A stretch of 64,000 nt of DNA from Antedon mediterranea (taxonomy: Eukaryota > Animalia > Echinodermata), in assembly GCF_964355755.1 (NCBI RefSeq), contig NC_092676.1, positions 24,756,871 through 24,820,870 on the forward strand, written 5' to 3'. Shown here one piece after another: positions 41,501-51,100 of the stretch (position 1 is the stretch's first letter; the number at the start of each line of letters is the position of its first letter). The translations under genes were made by a program, and so were the position numbers. The notes under the pieces are model-generated. The model had not been told where the DNA came from and did not search any database. It was given only the letters and a program-made list of their open reading frames with translations.

Positions 41501-41760
41501 TAAACTATAACATAGTTATGGCAATATGACAAAAGATTTTTATAATTATATATGTATAAGGAAATAGATAAAAACATATTATTGAAAATGTTACGGATAG
41601 ATATATTCTATGTAGTTTGATTTATTTAACAACATCTTTATACAGGATTACACAATCAGCTAAAAGAAAACCTGTGAAAAACTGTATAAATGGAAAGAAT
41701 AAATGTGGGACGCACCCACCAAAGAGAAAAAAAAAAACAACTTACCAAAATAAAATCCAT
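14961..41760 (-). CDS. Adhesion G protein-coupled receptor with HYR repeats and a C-type lectin domain (SP-HYR-CTLD-12xHYR-GAIN/GPS-7TM-acidic tail), 35 coding exons, ~1897 aa
   Basis: Exons 41746-41760, 40484-40514, 39224-39457, 37790-38170, 31996-32238, 31277-31537, 30563-30802, 29973-30215, 29357-29599, 28787-29032, 27582-27827, 27148-27393, 26774-27019, 26222-26467, 25519-25764, 25076-25347, 24649-24816, 24376-24420, 24075-24180, 22858-23013, 22338-22419, 21609-21726, 21370-21440, 21078-21192, 20517-20626, 20203-20311, 19648-19868, 19299-19365, 19087-19178, 18504-18663, 18071-18103, 17857-17878, 17606-17659, 17203-17250, 14961-15238. Phases are compatible and the total is 5694 nt. N-terminus [19 protein letters not shown] is signal-peptide-like. 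GPS reads CVFW...WSTTGC...[11 protein letters not shown]3 [23 protein letters not shown]2 CWL. The first exon and tail micro-exons are less certain. Confidence 0.87.
15720..16982 (-). mobile_element. Degenerate CR1/L2-type LINE reverse transcriptase remnant
   Basis: Minus strand gives [51 protein letters not shown] and FADDT with stops and frameshifts, and a (TGAAA)n-like tail at ~15725-15745. Confidence 0.85.
18504..21440 (-). other. GPS motif and secretin-like 7TM region of the adhesion GPCR
   Basis: GPS in exons 21370-21440 and 21078-21192. Seven hydrophobic segments lie in exons from 20626 down to 18504. Confidence 0.88.
19888..20202. repeat. ~161-bp direct tandem duplication making up most of the TM2-TM3 intron
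   Basis: 19888-20042 matches 20049-20202 almost exactly. Confidence 0.9.
23110..24020. repeat. Intronic minisatellite with 17-bp (ttggtcattcgcctact) and 18-bp (ttggYaaattcctctact) units
   Basis: Directly visible; it produces the repetitive ORFs in the track. Confidence 0.97.
24895..25005. mobile_element. Small MITE-like inverted repeat
   Basis: aggttaaggcagaaatcatgaataat ... attattcatgatttctgtcttaacct. Confidence 0.7.
25076..32238 (-). other. Array of 12 HYR (hyalin repeat) domain exons
   Basis: One domain per 240-272 nt exon, each starting in phase 1. Consensus DxEPPxFxxCPxDI...VxWxxPxATDNSG...SGDxFxIGxTxVxYxAxDxxxNxxxCxFxIxV. Confidence 0.92.
28081..28697 (-). mobile_element. 5'-truncated LINE (L2/CR1-like ORF2 C-terminus) with poly(A) tail and target-site duplication
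   Basis: Open [19 protein letters not shown]...YNLRN...[14 protein letters not shown]-run at 28081-28112, TSD AATTGACAAGAA at 28069-28080 and 28698-28709. Confidence 0.88.
32291..32517. mobile_element. MITE (TIR GCCAATTTACACAGACGAGCGGTAA, TAA flanks; PIF/Harbinger-like)
   Basis: TIRs are visible with TAA on both sides. Partial second copy at 54886-55005. Confidence 0.8.
32700..34895 (+). mobile_element. Split, degenerate LINE RT remnant (32700-32945 and ~34700-34895)
   Basis: First part reads [24 protein letters not shown]...LIPIK. Second part reads [28 protein letters not shown], the next RT subdomain, after ~1.8 kb of unrelated DNA. Confidence 0.7.
35657..37404. mobile_element. Non-autonomous Mutator-like (MULE) element, ~100-bp TIRs, 9-bp TSD
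   Basis: gcgatttttttttccgtacgagagttcctccatcggttcgtttcggactcaatcgactc... and its reverse complement at 37310-37404. ATCCCGCCT is duplicated at 35648-35656 and 37405-37413. Confidence 0.82.
37521..37590 (+). mobile_element. tRNA-derived SINE head or tRNA pseudogene
   Basis: A-box tggtctaatgg and T-arm ccgag-ttcgagt-ctcgg, with no good acceptor stem. Confidence 0.55.
37790..38170 (-). other. C-type lectin-like domain exon of the adhesion GPCR (phase 1-1, 127 codons)
   Basis: Translates CFRL...FDDANYIC...[14 protein letters not shown]...[22 protein letters not shown]...LCTIM...[16 protein letters not shown], the usual CTLD Cys/WIGL/WxDG pattern. Confidence 0.88.
40693..40892. mobile_element. 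MITE-like element (CATGGAG...CTCCATG) with an internal ~84-bp tandem duplication
   Basis: Imperfect TIRs; 40722-40803 is repeated at 40806-40889. Confidence 0.6.
41008..41256. mobile_element. TTAA-flanked MITE (TIR AGATGTATTG[T]CC), Kolobok-like
   Basis: ttaa|agatgtattgcc...ggcaatacatct|ttaa. Same family as 53229-53549; fragments near 6050-6220 and 12400-12508. Confidence 0.75.
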
Positions 41761-43782
41761 TGCGTTTTATTCTATTCCTTCCATCCCATCCTATGGTCTT
41801 CTGAAAATTGTTTATTTTACCTCTCGCATTCTTAATCAACACAACCGCGGCGTAATATTGGAAATCAAACTATTGATTTTATACATAATTACACGATGAA
41901 TAATTTAACTGCTTATTAATTATTATTATAACGCGAATGAACACCTACATAAAGCTAATAAAATATTATTTTAAAATCATAAGGCAAATTGATGAAAAAA
42001 TGACAATGCTGTGGATGGATCTCAATAGAGATACAAAATAAAATAAGCAAAAAACTAAATCAAAACAGCCAGAAAAATTAGCAGAGCATTCGGGAAATTC
42101 TAGCCCTTCATCATTGCAAGTATAATATTATATTAATATATAATTTTTAATGAGATTTAATTACTTTGATTGGTTCACCGTGCTGAATTAATGCATTATA
42201 TGAATGTGAGTAATTTAGAGAAAATGCTGGGTATTTAAATCTCGTTGGCTTAGGCCTTATAGTTTGCATAAACAATTGATCCAACTCTTCGGTGACCGAT
42301 CAATACAGTATATTTGCTAATAATACCCACAGTATTGACGTAACCTACAATATTGTATCTTTCAACAAAAGACGTCAAAAGACTGCAGAAAAATAAAGAC
42401 AATTTTCTGGGGTGTGGGTGAAGTTTGGGGTTTGCTTGTTCACATGACTTACGCATGATAAATGTGTGCACCTTCACATTTCACGGTGGTGGACCAGAAT
42501 CCTGAAAAAAGTTCAATTTATCTTTATTATGTTTTCACAAACAGGTATAAAAGGGGTGGAGGTGCTTAATGCAATTAACCCATCAACTTAACCCACCCAG
42601 CCTGTGATATTTCTTTTCGTACATAAGTTGGGGACCCCTCATGAAACGTCACAAAAACATGAATATTTTGCAAACGCTTTCCGCCGTCGAGCCGTCTGTA
42701 CAGTCGAGTGGATTGGACTATGGACTTTACATGTCGATGTATGGGGTTCGAATCCCATGAGCAACTTCTTTTTACTTTAATTTAGTGAGACAGAGATTAT
42801 TTAGAGGGTTAGGTTTAGTTATATTTAGGAAGTAGTTCGGCTATCTTTTACATATATGTACGGAAAAAATCGGGAGACCTAAAGAACCACAAGCTAATGG
42901 AATTAACACTTAAATTCACTTTTAACAGCACATTGATCAATGCTGTAAAATTCGTATAGAAATTCAATCATAATTGAAAATCATTACGCAAAAAAAATAT
43001 ATACAATGTTAACTATATACCATGTAATATTGTTGACTTATTGATTTGCCGCGTATTGCTTATCACTGTTGGTGGTGGTCGTTAATGGATACTCTTCTAA
43101 CTAGAGGTTTATTTTAACGACCCAGAAATTGTTCGATTGATATTTAGGGCTATCTTTATCTCTAAAACAAGTGCGTCAACCTATTAGTATTGATTCTTTT
43201 TTTGTTGTTGAAAAACAAACTTTGAGTGTGTAACGTTATTAATAATATTCAATCAATTTATTACTAAAAAGACAAAGAAGCCTAGATATAGCATAATTAG
43301 TACACACATCAATGGCCATGACACGCAACAATTTGCAATCAACTATCTCTTTCTTTTCCTTGAAATATTAATTTACTTGTAATATTGTTATGTTTCCAAC
43401 CTTATTATCTGAAGTTGTAAGAAATGTGTCCCATTTTACGCCAGGGCAGCCATGATAGAAGTTCATAATGTTTGTAATGCCTTCATAACTAAAAAGGCGC
43501 AGGAAGAAAATTAGTTCTATCAATCATACTGAGCACACCTAACTATCTACAGATAGATAGATAATAAAGACAGTATTCATTCTCACAAGACAATTTAAAT
43601 TTTAAAAAAGTTATTGAAAAGAAGAATGATGAATACTAAGAGGTATACAACACAAAGGGGTCGGCAAAATTTGCGTTATTTGACGTTCTAAAGACTGATT
43701 TAAGACTCTTTGTTGTGGCTTGGGCTAGTTGAACGATGGACACCAGAACTTAACGCTTTCATGATGTTTAAAGGCCAACTCA

Positions 43783-44862
43783 GGCCCTGTTCAGACCCAT
43801 GGCGTTAGACCGTTTTAGCGTACAACGTTACTATCAAGGTCACGTTACAAACCGCAGAGAAAAAAACGAGGTGTTCAGACCCATAGCGTACGATTATCGT
43901 TACAACGGAAGTACGTCATTCAGGTTGTTTCTAGTTGCATATTCATGTGCTCTTACCCACGTGTTTTCATCATTATTTCCACTGTATTATAGGCCTAGAT
44001 CTCAGCCCTACAATTATGACAAAATTTGCCGTAAATAAAACATACCTCAGCATTTATTTAAGAAAAATATAGTAAAGCCAAATTTCTGTTTCTATTGTTT
44101 TTATTTTGTATTAAAAAACATTTTCCCCAGGTTCTTGTGTTACGAAAATAAAGCAGGCCTTCTAATGATGAAGAAAAAATTGATTGTGATTAGTCTATCC
44201 AGTCCAGTCAAAAGATATATATTCTTTGTTCCAGTCGGTTGAAAATAACCCTTAACTTGCTAATAAAAGGGACACAGCTCCCCTTGTTTGTTTACTGATT
44301 TTTTTAGGAGTTAGGGGGTTTTCAGCATTAAACTTGTCCAGTCTAGTCTGCCTTGTATGATGAATGAGTGACTTGATTGTCCCACGCTAGTTTTTAGCTT
44401 GAATGAAATGCGTGAATGGCTCTAGGCCTAGCTAGGCCTAAAAGCGGATGGGATCGTAGTCCCTATGTTTAAATACAAGGTGCATGTATTATGTCATTTG
44501 TTAGAAAATATAATGGTAATCAGTTGATAATAGTTTGTAGCCTTTGTAACAGTTGTATTTGTAGTGTAGTTAGGCCTTATTTATTCTGGCCTTTTTGTTA
44601 TTGAAATCCATCTAACACATTGACGATACAAGATGTCAGCCTAGGTCAAACCTTGTTTCGCGTCATAACAGGAAACGTTCTGATTGGATACAACGTTGAC
44701 TTACAGTAGCGTCGTACGCTAAAACGGTACTATCAACCGTTTTCCACTACAACGCTACAACCGTTGTACGACGCGTTGTACGCTAATCCCCAACTGTTCA
44801 GACACACATTCTTTTAGCGTCGTACGCTAAAACGGTCTAACGCCATGGGTCTGAACAGGGCC
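43783..44862. mobile_element. 1.08-kb non-autonomous DNA transposon (PIF/Harbinger-like), ~40-bp TIRs, TCA TSD, nested in a short palindrome
   Basis: ggccctgttcagacccatggcgttagaccgttttagcgtac and its exact reverse complement; tca at 43780-43782 and 44863-44865. Confidence 0.85.
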
Positions 44863-45794
44863 TCAGACAGCGTCGTACGACGCTGTCTGAGTTGGCCTTC
44901 CTTCCCTTGTTTAGGCGCCGTATTCGATAGTGTCTCTGTATTTCCAGACACGTCCTTAATTCCGCCGGTTAAGTTAGACAGGTTCCATTTCTCAAAAAAA
45001 CGGCCTAGAAAACGAATCAAGAAGCATTTTTGGGTAGAAGCTGGGATCCACTTGATTTAGGATATTTTTTTGACCTCGTTGATTACAAATATGGCGGATC
45101 CCAAGCGAAATTTGGCCATCTAAGCCCTTAATTTGCATAATTAAAAATGGCGGCCATTTTTTATAATTACCCTATATCTCGAGAACCACTAGTCACAGAT
45201 AATTAATTTTGGTGTCAAAATGTTTTAAATATATGTTTTTATATTCACTTTAATGACACATTTTCTCAAAAAATTGATGCAAGTCGTATTTCTGACATTT
45301 TGACCTTTGACCTTGATTTATCGTATCTCAGTAACCAATAATCGGAGAGACACGAAATAGGGCTCAAATTGTTCAGAAACTATACATTCATATTTATTAT
45401 AATGAAATGTTTTTACAAAAAAATGGCCGATTCTACAACTATTGACCTTTGAACTATTAGTCAAATATAATAATATAATAATAATATAACTTTGAAAATT
45501 GTGGTCTTATGAATTTTTTTTTCTTTTTAAATTGTTTAAAACATGTGTGTTTCTATCCAGTCTAATGGCATATTTTGTACAAGAATGGCCGATAGTATGG
45601 TTATTGACCTTTTAACTACAGCATAGGCCTACTGTATACTAAATATAATATAATTGCATAACTATGAAATTATTTATACATAATAATAATTAGTAAAATT
45701 ATAAATTCACTGCCATCAAATATGATGTGTTATGATTTATATAGATTTAAAAAAAAATTGGAATACGCAAGTTACATTTGTTGAAATTTGAAAT

Positions 45795-46360
45795 TACCTG
45801 CCATCAATATGATGGAGCATGATTATAGATTTTCTAAAATGTGAACATGTCAGCTACATTTAGAAATTCCTGCCATCAATATGATGGATTATGATTATAG
45901 ATTTAAAAAAGAATTTGAACACGTAAGCTACATTTGAAAATTACCTGCCATCAATATGATGGATTATGATTACAGATTTAAAAAAGAATTTGAACACGTC
46001 AGCTACATTTGGAAATTTGGAAATTACCTGCCATCAATATGATGGATTATGATTGTATAGTACCTGCCATCAATATGATGGATTATGATTGTATAGTACC
46101 TGCCATCAATATAATGGATTATGATTACAGATTTAAAAAAGAATTTGAACACGTCAGCTACATTTGGAAATTTGGAAATTACCTGCCATCAATATGATGG
46201 ATTATGATTGTATAGTACCTGCCATCAATATGATGGATTATGATTGTATAGTACCTGCCATCAATATGATGGATTATGATTGTATAGTACCTGCCATCAA
46301 TATAATGGATTATGATTGTATAGTACCTGCCATCAATATGATGGATTATGATTGTATAGG
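45795..46360. repeat. Minisatellite, 36-bp unit (acctgccatcaatatgatggattatgattgtatagt) mixed with ~70-80-bp variant units
   Basis: Directly visible; explains the PAINMMDYDCIV ORFs. Confidence 0.95.
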
Positions 46361-47264
46361 TTTTTGAAAGAAAAGTGAACACGTAAGCTACATTTGGAAT
46401 GAACATGTTAAGGGCATCAGTTTTGATCATTCATGCAAAGCGTTGTTACAGTAGCATAAAGCTGTACATGGTAGTTTTGAATTTTTGCACCTACATCTAT
46501 ATGGTTATGCATCGTGTCTTGCATCCACAATAAATCATCTCTAACGAAGCAGTAGGAATAGCTTCATTTTTCAGAAGCACTGGTTGAAGTTTACCATTAG
46601 ATAGCTCCCACCCAAAATCTGTTGGTGATGGCAAATGCTGGATTGGCGATACAAATTTGTTAAAATATATATATATATATATTTTATAATAACAAAAAAA
46701 TAAATGCTAGGGCCTACATGGAAGTTAGGATACATCAAAGAATGAACCAATACAAAAAACATACACATTCACCCCTCTTTTTATGCAGTATATGGCTTTC
46801 TGTGTGTTTTTTACACAAACTGCGCCGCCAACGTTATTACCATTCAGAGACTCGTTCATCATTTCATTTGTAATAATTTGCCTTTATTATTTAAATATTG
46901 TTCATACCCTTTTCAGTATACTGTATTAAGAAATATATCCACGACACTTTATTATTTTATTTAGTCATCAAAGCATGCATTATGAATTGAAAATATTACA
47001 TAATTGTTATTAATAGGACGTAGTTATGGGATGTTTTGTTCCAAAATCAATCAATCGAACGTTATAATGTACTAGCGCACGCGCAATATTCTTTGGCGCA
47101 AGTACTTCTGTACGCTGTGCACATCGATATTTCATCGTAAAATGTGCAATTACATTTTTTTTAATACAAGAAAAAATTGAAAGTATTTTGTTGCTCCTAT
47201 ACTTTACATGCATTAATGCAGACAAGTTTGACACATTTTGATCTGCATATCACGTGACTATAAT

Positions 47265-47969
47265 CCAATGTCGTAACTCTTTATATATGGCTCTGAGTTA
47301 AGACAGAGCCATATAGAGTTAAGACAGAGCCTTATATAGAGAGAGTTACGGCATTGAATGGATTAGAAGCCGTGTTTGTGTCCAACTATTCCTATGTAGC
47401 GATGGAGTTGAGTCTTTTGTTTTAAAAAATGTATAACGTTCAAAAGGCTTTAATTATCGAATTTAATATCAAAACAATCAATTTGATTAAAGGTTTTTGT
47501 TAAAATAATAAAAAAATTATAAAGTTACTGCGAACATGATTTAAAACAACAAAAATAAAATTAAAATCATGTTCGCAGTAACTTTATGATTTCGTTATTA
47601 TCTTAACAAAAACCTTTAAACAAATTGATTGTTTTGATATTAAATTGGATATTTACGCAAAGTCGTAACTCTATATATGGCTCTGAGTTAAGACAAATTG
47701 CTTTTTTTGTTGTTTTAAATCATGTTCGCAGTAACTTTATAATTTTTTTATTATTTTAACAAAAACCTTTAATCAAATTGATTGTTTTGATATTAAATTC
47801 GATAATTAAAGCCTTTTGAACGTTATACATTTTCAAAACAAAAGACTCAACTCCATACGCTACATAGGAATAGTTGGACACAAATACGGCTTCTAATCAA
47901 AGAACTTTTAAGTTCTTTGCTTCTAATCCATTCAATGCCGTAACTCTCTCTCATGGCTCTGAGTTAAGA
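47265..47969. mobile_element. Tandem array of foldback elements (termini CAGAGCC...GGCTCTG) separated by the 8-bp sequence AGTTAAGA
   Basis: AGTTAAGA at 47296, 47317, 47686 and 47962. Arm 47325-47555 is the reverse complement of 47703-47961 and, with a deletion, of 47562-47685. Confidence 0.8.
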
Positions 47970-48141
47970 AGTATCACACCGCCCTCTTACAACAGAGAAT
48001 GTAATAGAGGGCGATCTATCGTTCGTGTTTATTTTTTTTTTCTCGGAGAATTTTTTACGGAAGAGTTTGTAAACTTTTGGCCTACGAGAAGAAAATAGGC
48101 CTAGCATTTTAGGTAATTTAAGCAAAGGAGACTAGATTAAA

Positions 48142-51100
48142 ATGCCGGTTTTTCACACTAAGATTATTGAGTCTATTTTGGACCCAGTTGCTCAACAGGT
48201 AGGACCCATTAATTTTTATTCTGTAAATATGTACTAGCCTACTACCTAGGCCTACATACAGTGAGCCAGGCTAGGCTACATACGCCTACTATAATAGCCA
48301 CCAGGTTGGCTAGCCTATCCGAAGTACTGTAGTAGGCGGCCTTCCTAAATTAAACTAGGCATAGCCTGCACAGTCACAGTTTGCTACTACTAATATTGTC
48401 AAGGCCTATAAACTAGCTAGGCATATATAATAGTATTAATACTACTCTCTAGAATAGAAAGTTAGGAAAGTGGTCACATTTTTATTTTGTTTGTTTACTT
48501 TGCCACCTAACTGGGCATATCATCACTGTCGCGCAACGGGTGAATTAAAAAACAAATTATTAGAGATCCAATTGCAAAAGTATAGAGTAGCACCCCTCCT
48601 GGAGTATTGTATGGGGAGCCTCTACTGTAGCTATGAATTTGATCATATTGGTCACATTTTTAATTTTGTTTGAGTTGAACTACTGTCGCCCTAAAATTGA
48701 AACGCAACCCGATTTCAGGATCAAGGTTGTGATAATTTATTTCAGACAAACTGTCCATAAAACATTTAAAAAAAGAGAAAGAAATACAAGAATTATGTCA
48801 CATGTGGCAACGGTCATGGACATAGGACTTATCTGTTGACATATAGTGCCTCTCTCCACTTTTGGAATCTAACAATAAATATTAAATACAGTTTAACATT
48901 ATGTTTTTGCTTTTCATGATTGTGGAAGGAAACTGTAAATTGTCAGCCTAAACAATTCATTAAAAAAATATAATTTTCACAGTGTAATTCATACATTTTT
49001 ATCCAATACTGTACTAATAACTTTGATACTTAGAATTAATTATAAATATAGTGTTACAGTATCTATCCATACAGTTTTATATAATTGTAATTAGATTATT
49101 TCAATGGCATTTAATTTAATTGAATTTCAAAAAGATTTTACATTTATTCTTGTATTAATTATTATTTAATATCATTGAGTAATTATATCATGTTTTATGT
49201 TCTCAAGATTTATTCAATTAAATCAAAATTGTCTTATTTACATTTTTAAAGAATCAATAAAACACAACAAATGTGATTCTTCAATTGTGTTTTAAAAAAC
49301 TCCTTTTGAAATGAAATAAAACTTCTTCACTAGCAGCAGGCTATCACTCCCTATCAAGAAAAAAGGGAATATAAGACAGTAACTGGAGATACATACCAGA
49401 AATTCCAAGACAAAAATAAGCATCATTGGAATACCTATTTAGCCAATCATATCATAGAAGGGTTAAAGGTCATCTACTTTCCAAACTAAAGCACAGACTT
49501 TTATTGGCTCTTAAATGTTTCTTTTACTAATCATCCACCCACATACAAGGATTTTGTATTTGAGGTTTTAATAATCTTTCAATACATGTTTTCAATTGTG
49601 ATGTAAAATACATGTTTTCAATTGTGACATAAACTTAATTGTAATTTTAAAAGGCTATACAGCTGTACAGCTACAGTATTATGAAGGGGAATTGTATTTA
49701 ATACAAATGTACTGTACTTATTAGCCTAAATATTCCACCAAGATAAATAATAATTAAAACAAATAATTATCAATTTAGGATGAAAGATTGCCAGTGCTGC
49801 TCTAATAATTTAATTAAAATTATAATAAATATATTTATTTATTTATTTATTCAACTTTGAAGCTGTACTACAGATTTGTATAGGCGGTAACCCAAAACAG
49901 CATACAGTATGCTGTCGTGAGGTAATTTCCCGATTGATCGTAATCAAAACGGTACTCGGTATAATCTACTAGTTTTTCTGCTCCCAACCAGTACATCCAT
50001 TCATAGAAGCCTTGATGAAGTAAGCCTACCTGGTGGTAACCATAGAACGGTCCCGAGGTAACGACTATACTTGGGAAGTATAATCTAATGTGCTCTACAA
50101 CAATCACAAAAAAATAAAAATAATAGTAACAATAAAAGAAAATTCAATAGTATAAATATGGTACAGATTTGAGGATAAAAAAATATATAGGATATAGGGA
50201 GTATAGGAATTTACTGAATTTTCTGACATTATTTATTTGATTGTGAATTTTACTGTGCAATAATCATATGTTAATGTTGAAAACTGACTCACAGAAACTG
50301 AAAATGAAATGGGCTTAATACCAAATTGGGAATTACTTATATCAATTACCTTTCATAAATAGCCTATTGACTTAACATTAAATGAATCATGTCCAAAATT
50401 GGTACATCATGGCTTTTTAAGGTAAAAAAACAGATAATGATGAGGAAGTACATTATGCATGGCATAGTAATTATGATTTCTTACATCTCTTTTTGCATTC
50501 AAAATATGGTGCAGTGTTAAAGTGCACAGAAATTCAATTGTAATATTGGGTTCATTGGTTCACTCTCATCAGAATTTCTAATTGGAGAGAGATATTTACA
50601 AATATTTTATTTATTGAGATGTCTCCTTTCACCAGGTATTATTAGCCAATAACCTTTTGAACTTTGTCATTTAGTAAACTCTTCATTAGTGGAATATGTT
50701 CAGGCTCATGAAATACCTAGAGTAGAATTGCTATTCGTAAATTAGAACATCTCTGGAATACAGTTCTTCAAAATTCACAATTTAATAATATACTTTAATC
50801 TATCTAAAAGTACTATTACATTTTTATTTATTGTAATATGGAATTGGAAGCAATTTTCTTGCTTGATGAACAAACCAGAACCAGAAATATTTCTTACAAA
50901 ATACACCGCTCGACTTTTTGATCTAACAGTTTTAGTTATTGTTATTTCTTCATTATATGATGATTTTTATTATTGATATTCTATTTAATAATTTAAGAAA
51001 TATAATTGTTATCAATTGTTTTTGTTTAACATCAATCAGTTGTAAACATTTTGTGGAACGTAAATATAGTCTAAAAGTCCTACAAGTAAACTAATAGTAC

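Noticed and set aside
43377-43466. Alternative first coding exon for the GPCR (MNFYHGCPG...ITILQ)
   Set aside because: It is phase-compatible, but 41746-41760 has a perfect donor (TTG|GTAAGT) and gives a cleaner signal peptide.
46009-46430. PAINMMDYDCIV repeat ORFs, and a possible CRISPR-like repeat/spacer look
   Set aside because: This is a 36-bp satellite. The intervening segments are themselves repeated, there are no cas genes, and the context is eukaryotic.
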